The notes under the pieces are model-generated. The model had not been told where the DNA came from and did not search any database. It worked only from the letters and a program-made list of their open reading frames with translations. Both the position numbers and the translations under genes were made by a program. From assembly GCA_963721805.1 (NCBI GenBank), contig CAVRJY010000002.1, positions 160,001 through 224,000 of the forward strand: DNA of 64,000 nt. The letters are read 5' to 3'. Shown here piece by piece: positions 55,901 to 64,000 of this stretch (position 1 is its first letter; each line of letters starts with the position of its first letter). Source of the DNA: Nitrospirota bacterium (GTDB taxonomy: Bacteria; Nitrospirota; Thermodesulfovibrionia; Thermodesulfovibrionales; JdFR-86).

Positions 55901-56751
55901 TACCTGCCCCCCCAGCGCAGCTTCTCTCTGAGCACGTGGAAGTAGTCCCTGCCGGTCGGCATGAGGAGCCTGGTGACGTGCAGGGACTTGCGCACCGTGA
56001 CCGTGTCGTTTTTCATAAGCGGGAGCCCGCGCTGGCCGTCGAGCGTGAGCACGACGTCATCGGAGGCCGCGCTTAAGGTGATCGCGACCTCCGCGTCCTC
56101 CGAAAGCACGATAGGCCTGTTCGTGAGCGTGTGCGGGCATATCGGGGTGAGCACTGTGGCGCGGGTTGCGGGGTACAGGATCGGCCCCCCGGCCGAGAGC
56201 GTATACCCGGTCGATCCGGTCGGGGTCGCGACGATCAGGCCGTCGGCCTTGTACACGGTGACGAAGCTCCCGTCCACCGCGCACCGCAGGTCGATCATGC
56301 GCGCCAGAGCGCCCTTGTTTATCACCACGTCGTTAAGCACGGTGGAGGAATCGATCACGCTGCCGTCTCTGGTGAGCGCCGCATCGAGCATCATGCGCTC
56401 CTCGAGCGTGCATTCGCCGGAGAGGACGCGGCCCATGCAATCGCGCAGCTCGTCGCGGCCAAACTCGGTGATGAACCCCAGCCCGCCGAGGTTGACGCCC
56501 AGCAGCGGCGTGCCGCGCAGCGCGGCGATCCTCGCCCCGCGCAGCATCGTCCCGTCTCCCCCAAGGACGACTATCACGTCCGCGCCTGTGGCGATATCCT
56601 CATCCGGCACGCCGGTGCGCCCGGCCAGAGGTGCGGCCTCGAGCTCGATCAGTACGCGGGCCCCGCGGCCCTCGACCCACGGGAGGAACCCCCCGAGGAT
56701 CCCGGCGAGTTCCGGGTGTCCGCGCTTGCATATGATCCCGACGGTCTTCAT
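55900..56751 (-). CDS. nadK: NAD+ kinase
   Basis: LGGDGT.L, GVNLG.LGF, LND, DGLIVATPTGSTGY.LSAGGP, LDGQ. Confidence 0.96.
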   Translation of the reverse strand: MKTVGIICKRGHPELAGILGGFLPWVEGRGARVLIELEAAPLAGRTGVPDEDIATGADVIVVLGGDGTMLRGARIAALRGTPLLGVNLGGLGFITEFGRDELRDCMGRVLSGECTLEERMMLDAALTRDGSVIDSSTVLNDVVINKGALARMIDLRCAVDGSFVTVYKADGLIVATPTGSTGYTLSAGGPILYPATRATVLTPICPHTLTNRPIVLSEDAEVAITLSAASDDVVLTLDGQRGLPLMKNDTVTVRKSLHVTRLLMPTGRDYFHVLREKLRWGGR

Positions 56752-56841
56752 GTTAAGGCTATTATAATCAATTTTCCCGGTGGCCGGTTGGTGGCTGACA
56801 GGCCCCGCCCTTTATGGGGGCGCCTGTTCACTTTGCCACGG

Positions 56842-57909
56842 TCATTCGACGGCTTCCGGCAACTGTATTGCGACCACCGCGCCGTCGCGGTTGCTGAACT
56901 TCACGATGCCGCCAAGCTCCGCGACCAGCCCGAGTATCACCGTCATGCCCAGCGTGCCCGCGCCCTCGGGGTCGAACCCGTCCGGGAACCCCCCGCCGTT
57001 GTCGCTGATGTCGAGCCTGATCGAGTCTTTCTCCTGCGGCCTGCGGAGCCTTACGCCGATCCTGAGCGGGCCGCCGCCGGCGACGATGGCGTACTTTATC
57101 GAATTGGTGAGTACCTCGTTGACGAGCAGGCCGAGCTTGATCGTCCTGTCCACCGGCAGCACGACGCTGTCGCACTCGGTCGTGATCCTGATCGGCCTGG
57201 CGGACTGGAACGTCCTGACTATGTCAGTCGCGAGGTCGGTGATATACCCGTCGACGTTGACCTCGCTGATGCTGGCCGAACGGTACAGCCGCTCGTGGAT
57301 CATGAGCATGGACTTCATCCTGCCCTGAATCTCCAGCAGGTCGGCCTTCGTCTCCGGGCTCGAGGAAGCGGACGATTGCAGGTTGATGAGGCTGTGCAGG
57401 ATCGCGAGGTTGTTCTTCACGCGGTGGTAGACCTCGCGCACGAGCAGGTCCTTCTGCTTGAGGGCCTCCTCGAGCCGCCCGATCAGGGCCTCGCGCTCGA
57501 CGGTCCGCCTCTGGAGCTCCCGCTCCAGCGCGACCGCGCTTGAGCACCGCGCGATTGCCGAGCGCAACTTCTCGACGTCTATCGGCTTAATGATGTACTG
57601 GTCTATCCCGATCTCTATGGCGTCGAGCATGAACCCCGTGTCGTCGTACGCGGTCGTCACGATGGCTTTGACTTCGGCGTCCACGGCCCTGATGGCCCTC
57701 ATCATCGCGATCCCGTTTAAGACCGGCATGTTGAGGTCCGTGACCACGATGTCGGGCCTGTGCATCTTCCAGGCCTCCAGACCCTCGGCCCCGTTGCCGG
57801 CCACGTGGACCTCCCGCACCATCCTCTTGAGTATCTCCGAGACGTCCTCGCGCGAGATGCCCTCATCCTCGACATATAAAACTGAAACGTCCATTTTCGG
57901 ATCGTGCAC
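56842..57909 (-). CDS. Receiver plus HisKA_2-type histidine kinase
   Basis: LYVEDE, TDLNMP, KP; EVYHRVKNNL, NEVLTNSIKY, DNGGGFP. Confidence 0.88.
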   Translation of the reverse strand: MHDPKMDVSVLYVEDEGISREDVSEILKRMVREVHVAGNGAEGLEAWKMHRPDIVVTDLNMPVLNGIAMMRAIRAVDAEVKAIVTTAYDDTGFMLDAIEIGIDQYIIKPIDVEKLRSAIARCSSAVALERELQRRTVEREALIGRLEEALKQKDLLVREVYHRVKNNLAILHSLINLQSSASSSPETKADLLEIQGRMKSMLMIHERLYRSASISEVNVDGYITDLATDIVRTFQSARPIRITTECDSVVLPVDRTIKLGLLVNEVLTNSIKYAIVAGGGPLRIGVRLRRPQEKDSIRLDISDNGGGFPDGFDPEGAGTLGMTVILGLVAELGGIVKFSNRDGAVVAIQLPEAVE

Positions 57910-58006
57910 CCGGCACCTCTATCGCTAATTGACTGAGCTTGAGCCTCCAGACATCGCTGGCAGCCGCCTGAGCAATGGCTTCAAATTTTAATTACCACCT
58001 TACCTC

Positions 58007-58035
58007 ATGGTACAGTGGATATATGCTACTGTCAA
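58007..58035 (-). promoter_or_regulatory. Putative sigma70 promoter for the REC-kinase gene
   Basis: Minus strand TTGACA, 17-nt spacer, TACCAT. Confidence 0.55.
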
Positions 58036-58131
58036 GGAGTATATATGCCTATTTAACTGTTGCGGTAGATATACGGATAAGTTAAACTCAAGCCAGCTTT
58101 TTATGCCTATATCCCGGCGTCAGGAGGGGCG

Positions 58132-59118
58132 ATGTCCAAGCCTAAGCTCGCGATGTACTGGGCCGCCTCGTGCGGCGGCTGCGAGATAGCGCTCGTAAAC
58201 ATCAACGAGAAGTTGCTCGAGGCCGACGCGGCGCTGGATTTCATGTTCTGCCCCTGCCTGCTGGACACCAAGAAAAAAGACATCGAGGCGCTGCCGGACG
58301 GCGATATAGCGATCACGTTTTTTAACGGCGCGATACGCACCGGGGAGAACGCCGGGATGGCCCGCCTGCTGCGCCGCAAATCAAAGACGCTGGTCGCCTT
58401 CGGATCATGCGCTACCGAGGGCTGCATACCCGGGCTCGCAAATTTCTCGACGCGCAGCGAACAGCTCAGGGCGATTTACCAGGGCGGCCCCTCGCTCGAC
58501 AACCCCAAGGGGACCATCCCTTCCGAGAGCACCGATGTGGCCGAGGGCACGCTTACCATCCCGGCATACCTCGACCGCGTCTCGACGCTCGCGCAGACGG
58601 TCGATGTCGACTACTTCCTCCCCGGCTGCCCGCCCGAGCCGCACCAGATATGGGCCGTGGTAGAGCATGTGATATCCGGCAGGCCGCTGCCGGTCAAGGG
58701 CAGCGTGCTGGGCGCGGGCAGATCTTCCGTATGCGAGGGCTGCGCCCGCACCAAGGCCGACAAGAAGGTCAAGAGGTTCTATCGCAACTACGAAATAATC
58801 CCCGACCTCGAGCGCTGCCTGCTCGAGCAGGGGATCGTATGCATGGGCATCGCCACGCGCGACGGCTGCGGCGCGCTATGCCCCAACGTCAATATGCCGT
58901 GCATCGGCTGCTACGGCCCCCCGGAGGGCTGCGAGGACCAGGGCGCCCGGATGATCGGAGCGCTTGGGGCGATGGTCGATATCGGGGATACGAAGAGTGT
59001 CTCGGAGGACGAGATATCGCGGCGCATCTCGGCCGCGTTCGAGAGCGTGCCGGACTGGGCCGGGATGCTCTACAAGTTCAGCCTGCCGGGCTCGACGCTC
59101 GGCGGGAGGCGCGTATGA
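58132..59118 (+). CDS. mvhG: Group 3 [NiFe]-hydrogenase small subunit (MvhG-like)
   Basis: ASCGGC, AFGSCA..G.IPGL.N, LPGCPP, CLL.QG..C.G..TR.GC.A.CP...PC.GC.GP. Confidence 0.85.
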   Translation: MSKPKLAMYWAASCGGCEIALVNINEKLLEADAALDFMFCPCLLDTKKKDIEALPDGDIAITFFNGAIRTGENAGMARLLRRKSKTLVAFGSCATEGCIPGLANFSTRSEQLRAIYQGGPSLDNPKGTIPSESTDVAEGTLTIPAYLDRVSTLAQTVDVDYFLPGCPPEPHQIWAVVEHVISGRPLPVKGSVLGAGRSSVCEGCARTKADKKVKRFYRNYEIIPDLERCLLEQGIVCMGIATRDGCGALCPNVNMPCIGCYGPPEGCEDQGARMIGALGAMVDIGDTKSVSEDEISRRISAAFESVPDWAGMLYKFSLPGSTLGGRRV

Positions 59119-60596
59119 AGCGCATCTCGATAGACCCGATCACGCGGCTTGAGGGCCACGGCAAGATCGAGATCTTCCTCGACGAGCAGGGCGACGTGGC
59201 GAATACGTACTTCCAGATACCCGAGCTTCGCGGGTTCGAGCGTTTCTGCGTCGGGCGCATGGCTGAGGAGATGCCGGTCATCACGAACCGCATCTGCGGC
59301 GTATGCCCCGAGGCCCACCACATGGCCGCGTCCAAGGCATTAGACGAGCTGTTCGGCGCCGAGCCGCCTTCGGCCGCGAAGAAGCTCCGCGAGCTTCTCT
59401 ATATGGCATTCTTCGTAACCGACCACACGACGCACTTCTATGCCCTCGGAGGGCCGGACTTCATAGTTGGCCCCGACGCGCCGCCATCGGAGCGCAACAT
59501 CCTGGGCGTGATTCGCAAGGTCGGGCTGGGTATTGGCAGGATGGTCATCGAGTGCCGGGCGCGCAACCACGACGTGATCAAGGCGATCGGGGGCCGCGGC
59601 GTGCACCCGACCGGCGGCCTGCCCGGCGGCTGGAGCAGGCCGATCAACGAAGACGAGCGAGCGACCATCGAGGCGGCGGCCCATAAGAACATCGAGTTTG
59701 CGCAGTTCACGCTTAAGGCATTCGATACGCTCGTGCTCAAAAACCCGTCCTACCTCGACCTCGTGCTGTCGGACGTATACCTGCACCGCACCTATTCCAT
59801 GGGCCTCGTGGACGCCGATAACCGCGTGAACTTCTATGACGGGATGGTGCGCGTCGTCGACCCCGATGGGCGGGAGGCGTTTAAGTACCACCCGCGCGAT
59901 TATGCCGAGTACATAGCCGAGCGCGTCGAGCCCTGGAGCTACCTGAAGTTCCCGTATCTCAAGAAAATAGGCTGGAAGGGCCTTACGGACGGCCCCGATA
60001 GCGGCATATATACCGCCACTCCATTGTCGAGGTTAAACGTCTCGGACTCGATGGCCACGCCTCTGGCGCAGGCCGAGTTCGAGCGGATGTACGAGACCCT
60101 CGGCAGCAAGAGGGTAAACGACCGGTATCAGCCGGTGCACCACAGGCTGGTCACGCACTGGGCGAGGCTCGTGGAGCTGCTGTACGCCTCCGAGCGCATG
60201 CTGGAGCTCGCGACAGACCCCGAGATCACCTCACCTGATGTGCGCACGATACCGACCGGTAAGATCGTTGGCAAGGGGATCGGGTGCGTGGAGGCCCCGC
60301 GCGGCACTCTCACGCATCACTATGAGTCCGACGGCCGGGGCGTGCTTACGCGCGTCAACCTGATCGTCGGGACGACCAATAACTACGCGCCGATCAGCAT
60401 GTCTATCAAGCGCGCGGCCGAAAAGCTGATACAAAAAGGCAAGGTCGATGACGCGCTGCTTAACCAGGTCGAGATGGCCTTCAGGCTCTACGACCCGTGC
60501 CTCTCGTGCGCGACGCATTCGCTGCCCGGCGCGATGCCGCTTGAGATCACGATCCGCGACCACGATGGCAACCCGATAAGGAGCATAAGGCGATGA
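59115..60596 (+). CDS. mvhA: Group 3 [NiFe]-hydrogenase large subunit (MvhA-like)
   Basis: DPITRLEGHG, RGFE, RICGVC (L1), EAPRGTL.H, YDPCLSCATH (L2) followed by a cleavable tail. Confidence 0.9.
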   Translation: MKRISIDPITRLEGHGKIEIFLDEQGDVANTYFQIPELRGFERFCVGRMAEEMPVITNRICGVCPEAHHMAASKALDELFGAEPPSAAKKLRELLYMAFFVTDHTTHFYALGGPDFIVGPDAPPSERNILGVIRKVGLGIGRMVIECRARNHDVIKAIGGRGVHPTGGLPGGWSRPINEDERATIEAAAHKNIEFAQFTLKAFDTLVLKNPSYLDLVLSDVYLHRTYSMGLVDADNRVNFYDGMVRVVDPDGREAFKYHPRDYAEYIAERVEPWSYLKFPYLKKIGWKGLTDGPDSGIYTATPLSRLNVSDSMATPLAQAEFERMYETLGSKRVNDRYQPVHHRLVTHWARLVELLYASERMLELATDPEITSPDVRTIPTGKIVGKGIGCVEAPRGTLTHHYESDGRGVLTRVNLIVGTTNNYAPISMSIKRAAEKLIQKGKVDDALLNQVEMAFRLYDPCLSCATHSLPGAMPLEITIRDHDGNPIRSIRR

Positions 60597-61060
60597 GCGC
60601 CCGCACCGTGGTCATAGGGCTTGGCAACGTGATACTTTCTGACGACGGCGTCGGCATCCACGCCGCACGCCTGATACGAGAGCGCGCACCTGAGGGCGTG
60701 GACGTGGCGGAGGTGCATGCCGGAGGGCTCAGGCTCCTCGACGCGATGCTCGGATACGACCGCGCGTTGATCATAGACGCGATGCAGGGCGGCCTTGCGC
60801 CCGGCACGGTCCGCCGCTTCTCTGCCTCGGACGTTGCCGCCACGCGCAACATGACGAGCACGCATGACACGAGCCTCGGCGTGGCCTTACGGATGGCCTC
60901 GATGCTCGGGTTGAACGTCCCCGCGGACATAACCATATGGGGCATCGAGGCCCGCGATGCCGAGACATTCAGCGAGGAGCTTACGGCAGAGGTGCGCTCG
61001 GCGATGGATACGGTGGTTGGCGAGGTCATGGGCGCTATATGCGCGGGGGCTGCGATATGA
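60593..61060 (+). CDS. Hydrogenase maturation protease
   Basis: GLGN..L.DDGVG, IIDA, STH, F.EELT.EV. Confidence 0.93.
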   Translation: MSARTVVIGLGNVILSDDGVGIHAARLIRERAPEGVDVAEVHAGGLRLLDAMLGYDRALIIDAMQGGLAPGTVRRFSASDVAATRNMTSTHDTSLGVALRMASMLGLNVPADITIWGIEARDAETFSEELTAEVRSAMDTVVGEVMGAICAGAAI

Positions 61061-63012
61061 AAAAGGCGGTCTACCTCTGCAGGTGCGGCACGAACATTGC
61101 CGGGAAGATCGACGCCGATCAGGTCGCGGCAGGGATCGGCACTGACGCGGCGTATGTAAAGACAGTCGATTTCCTCTGCTCCGAAGACGGCAGGGAGTTT
61201 CTTGAGGCCGACCTCCGCGCCGAGGCACCGGAGCGTGTCGTGATCGCCGCATGCTCCCCCCGCGACCACGAAAAGACCTTCATGCGCGTCCTGAAGGCGG
61301 CCGGGATCAACCCATACCTCATGCAGATGGTGAACGTCCGCGAGCAGGTCGCGTGGGTCACCGAAGACCCCGCCGAAGCGACCGCGAAGGCCGTAAGGTG
61401 CATCCGCGCGGCGCTTAAGCGCGTAGAGTTGCAGGAGCCGCTCGAAGAGGGCTACATAGGCATGAACACCGCCGCGCTGATCGTGGGCGCCGGGCCGGCC
61501 GGGCTGCGCGCCGCGCTTGCGCTGGCCGAGGCCGGCCGCAAGGTCACGCTCGTCGAGAAGTCCCCGTTCATGGGCGGGATGCCGGTGCTCTTTGAGGAGG
61601 TGGCCCCGAACATGGAGTGCGGCCCCTGCATGCTAGAGCCCCTGATGGACGAGGTCCTGCACGGTGAGCACGCCGCGAACATAGAGCTCCTGACCCTCAG
61701 CGAGGTTAGCGGCGCAGTTGGTTTTTATGGCAACTTCACGGTCAAGATCCATCAAGCCGCGCGCCGCATAGACATGCAAAAATGCATCGGCTGCGCCGAG
61801 TGCGCGGCCGCATGCCCCGCATCCGCCCCGAACCCGTATAACTGCAACCTTAACGACCGCAAGGCGATAGACTTCCCATTCCCCGGCGCGCTGCCTAACG
61901 CGCCCGCCATCGACTGGCCGCTCTGCCTGCGCTCGCGGGGCGGGGACTGCAAGCTCTGTATCGAGGCATGCCCTGTCGAGGGCGCTATAGACTTCGGGGA
62001 CGAGGGCGCTGAGATCGAGCGCAAGGCCGGAGCGGTGCTGCTTGCGGTCGGCGCGTCGCTGTTTGACTGCGCGAGCATACCCGGCCTGGGATACGGCTCG
62101 GTGCCGGGCGTGATCACGAGCCTTGAGTTCGAGCGTATGATGGCCTCAAACGGCTCGAGCTCCGGAGCGCTCACGATGCCCTCGGGCGAGCCTCCGAAGT
62201 CCATCGCGATCATCCACTGCGTCGGGAGCCTCGATGAGAAGCGCCGCCGCTACTGTTCCGGCATATGCTGCGAGACCGCGTTTAAGTTTAACCATATGAT
62301 CGCGGCCAGGCTGCCCGGCGCGAAGGTCTATCACCTCTATAAGGAGCTTTCGATAGCGGGCAAGGAGGGGTTCTCGCTCTACCAAGACGCGCTGCATAGC
62401 CCCGATGCGAGCTTCATCCGCTATGGAGGCATCGAGGACATAGCGGTCGTTCCCCGGGGGCCGGGCCAGAGGCTCGCGTACATCAACGCCTCGCAATCTC
62501 ACGGTTCGCTCGATACCGATATGATAATCCTCTGCCCGGCGGTCGTGCCGTCCGAGGGCTCGCGCAGGCTGGGCGAGCTGTTCGATCTTTCGCCCGACCG
62601 CGAGGGGTTCTACGAGGAACTCCACGGCAGGCTCGATTCATCCAAAAGCAAGATCAAGGGCGTGTTCATCGCAGGGGCATGCCAGTCGCCGATGGACATC
62701 GCAGGGGCGATGAACCAGGGCATGGCGGCGGCAGGGTACATGCTCTCGGGGCTCGTCGAGGGACGAAAGCTGGAGGTCCAGCCAGCCACCGCCTCGGTGG
62801 ATGCCGAACGCTGCTCGGGATGCAGGGTATGCGTCCCGGTATGCCCATACAAGGCGATATCGTTCGACGAGCAGGAGAAGCGCGCCGAGGTAAACGCGGT
62901 GCTCTGCCAGGGCTGCGGCACCTGTGTCGCGGCCTGTCCGATAGGCGCGATCAAGGCCAGCCACTTCACCGCCGCCGAGATAATGGCCGAGATAAAGGGG
63001 GCGCTCGGATGA
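61057..63012 (+). CDS. hdrA: Heterodisulfide reductase subunit A-like flavo-iron-sulfur protein
   Basis: YLC.CG.NI, AACSPR.HE.TF, NVREQ.AWV, GAGPAG, EFER, HCVGS, YCS.ICC, AGACQ.P.DI, C-terminal ferredoxin motifs. Confidence 0.92.
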   Translation: MKKAVYLCRCGTNIAGKIDADQVAAGIGTDAAYVKTVDFLCSEDGREFLEADLRAEAPERVVIAACSPRDHEKTFMRVLKAAGINPYLMQMVNVREQVAWVTEDPAEATAKAVRCIRAALKRVELQEPLEEGYIGMNTAALIVGAGPAGLRAALALAEAGRKVTLVEKSPFMGGMPVLFEEVAPNMECGPCMLEPLMDEVLHGEHAANIELLTLSEVSGAVGFYGNFTVKIHQAARRIDMQKCIGCAECAAACPASAPNPYNCNLNDRKAIDFPFPGALPNAPAIDWPLCLRSRGGDCKLCIEACPVEGAIDFGDEGAEIERKAGAVLLAVGASLFDCASIPGLGYGSVPGVITSLEFERMMASNGSSSGALTMPSGEPPKSIAIIHCVGSLDEKRRRYCSGICCETAFKFNHMIAARLPGAKVYHLYKELSIAGKEGFSLYQDALHSPDASFIRYGGIEDIAVVPRGPGQRLAYINASQSHGSLDTDMIILCPAVVPSEGSRRLGELFDLSPDREGFYEELHGRLDSSKSKIKGVFIAGACQSPMDIAGAMNQGMAAAGYMLSGLVEGRKLEVQPATASVDAERCSGCRVCVPVCPYKAISFDEQEKRAEVNAVLCQGCGTCVAACPIGAIKASHFTAAEIMAEIKGALG

Positions 63013-63051
63013 GCGGCAAGGTCTTGAAATAATGGGCAAGGTGTTTAAATA

Positions 63052-63453
63052 ATGGGATACGAGCCGCGCATAATCGGGTTCCTCTGCAACTGGTGCTCAT
63101 ACGCCGGGGCGGACAAGGCAGGCTCGAGCCAGACGCCCTATCCGCCGAACGTAAGCGTCGTGCGCGTGATGTGCTCCGGCCGCGTCGAGCCGCAGTTCGT
63201 GATGAGCGCGTTTAAGGAGGGGGCAGACGGAGTTATAATACTTGCATGTCATCCCGGAGACTGTCATTATAAGGAGGGCAACTACCGTGCGGCCGGGCGC
63301 TTCGAACTCCTGCGCCGCGTGCTCGGGCAGATGGGCATACCGGAGGCCCGCGTGAGGATGGATTACGTCTCGGCCGGCGAGGGCGAGAAGTTCACCCGGC
63401 TGATAACCGGCATGGTCGACGATCTGAGGGCCCTCGGGCCCTGGATTGCATAG
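63052..63453 (+). CDS. mvhD: Hydrogenase [2Fe-2S] subunit MvhD
   Basis: FLCNWCSYAGAD, RVMCSGRV, GADGV...CHPGDCHY..GN, SA.EG. Confidence 0.93.
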   Translation: MGYEPRIIGFLCNWCSYAGADKAGSSQTPYPPNVSVVRVMCSGRVEPQFVMSAFKEGADGVIILACHPGDCHYKEGNYRAAGRFELLRRVLGQMGIPEARVRMDYVSAGEGEKFTRLITGMVDDLRALGPWIA

Positions 63454-63482
63454 ATACAAACTCGAAAGGGGGACTGATTTTT

Positions 63483-63707
63483 ATGGCGGTAAAAACCTTG
63501 GACCTCAAGGGCTTGAAGTGCCCGCAGCCGACGCTGAAGATGACCGTTGCGATAAATGCGATGGCCAAGGGGGACCTCCTCGAGGTCGAGGCCGACTGCC
63601 CGACATTCGAGGCCGATCTCAAGGGCTGGGCGCAGAGGACCAAGAAGGCCATCCTCTGGATAAAGGACGCGCCGGAGGGCGGCAAGCGCTGTCAGATCCA
63701 GATCTAG
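63483..63707 (+). CDS. tusA: TusA family sulfur carrier
   Basis: LD.KGL.CPQP, GD.LEV.AD.P...D...W. Confidence 0.88.
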   Translation: MAVKTLDLKGLKCPQPTLKMTVAINAMAKGDLLEVEADCPTFEADLKGWAQRTKKAILWIKDAPEGGKRCQIQI

Positions 63708-63780
63708 GGGGTGCCACGGGCACCCTTCACTATTCGAGGTGCATATCGCACCTCTCATCCAGGGGACTCCGTCCCCCCCC
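63707..63780 (+). repeat. Short intergenic element family B, copy 2
   Basis: GGGGGTGCCACGGGCACC, then hairpins GAGGTGC-ATATC-GCACCTC and GGGGAC-TCC-GTCCCC. Confidence 0.55.
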
Positions 63781-63811
63781 AGTAATTACAGAAAGTTAAA
63801 TCGCGGCAAAG

Positions 63812-63836
63812 AAAAGGGGCCTATCGGCCCCTTTTT
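63812..63836. terminator. Bidirectional intrinsic terminator
   Basis: AAAAGGGGCC-TATC-GGCCCCTTTTT between convergent genes. Confidence 0.8.
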
Positions 63837-63853
63837 AAGTGAGCGGTGGTTTT

Positions 63854-64000
63854 TCACCGCGAATATTTGCCGGGGGGCGCCGCCCCCTTCCTGCCGAACG
63901 CGAAGAGCCTGCTGAACCCGAACTCGATGCCTCGCACGGTGCGGTTGTCTTCGTAGCGCATCGCCACAGCGTACTTGAAATACTCGGCCTCCCACTCGGT
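63854..64000 (-). CDS. C-terminal fragment of an unidentified protein, truncated by the window edge
   Basis: Open frame TEWEAEYFKYAVAMRYEDNRTVRGIEFGFSRLFAFGRKGAAPPGKYSR* ending just before the terminator. Confidence 0.55.
   Translation of the reverse strand, partial: TEWEAEYFKYAVAMRYEDNRTVRGIEFGFSRLFAFGRKGAAPPGKYSR

Overview
GC-rich bacterial chromosome segment; gene content suggests an anaerobic Nitrospirota or deltaproteobacterium-like organism (inference). Most of it is housekeeping: pgk/gap, tgt, leuA/leuC, der, rsmE, hrcA-grpE-dnaK-dnaJ with a perfect CIRCE, ruvCAB, hup, gmhA, recN and nadK. It also holds two energy-metabolism clusters. One is a hyfBCEF-G-I-like membrane complex whose large subunit lacks the Ni-binding cysteines (Ehr type). 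The other is a group 3c-like MvhG/MvhA hydrogenase with protease, HdrA, MvhD and TusA. Several c-di-GMP and two-component proteins are present. The most unusual signal is a family of five intergenic elements of about 165-190 nt. Each has a conserved ATGCCNTTGAC end and a long bulged hairpin whose arms covary between copies. Two copies bracket, in inverted orientation, an accessory island between leuA and leuC (AT-rich orphan gene plus a HigBA-type toxin-antitoxin pair flanked by 27-bp direct repeats). A third copy sits beside an AT-rich solo SIR2-like gene. Other observations are a candidate leuA attenuator, many apparently leaderless genes, and four single-base frameshifts in conserved genes that are probably assembly errors. 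No rRNA, tRNA, CRISPR array, transposase or integrase was recognised.
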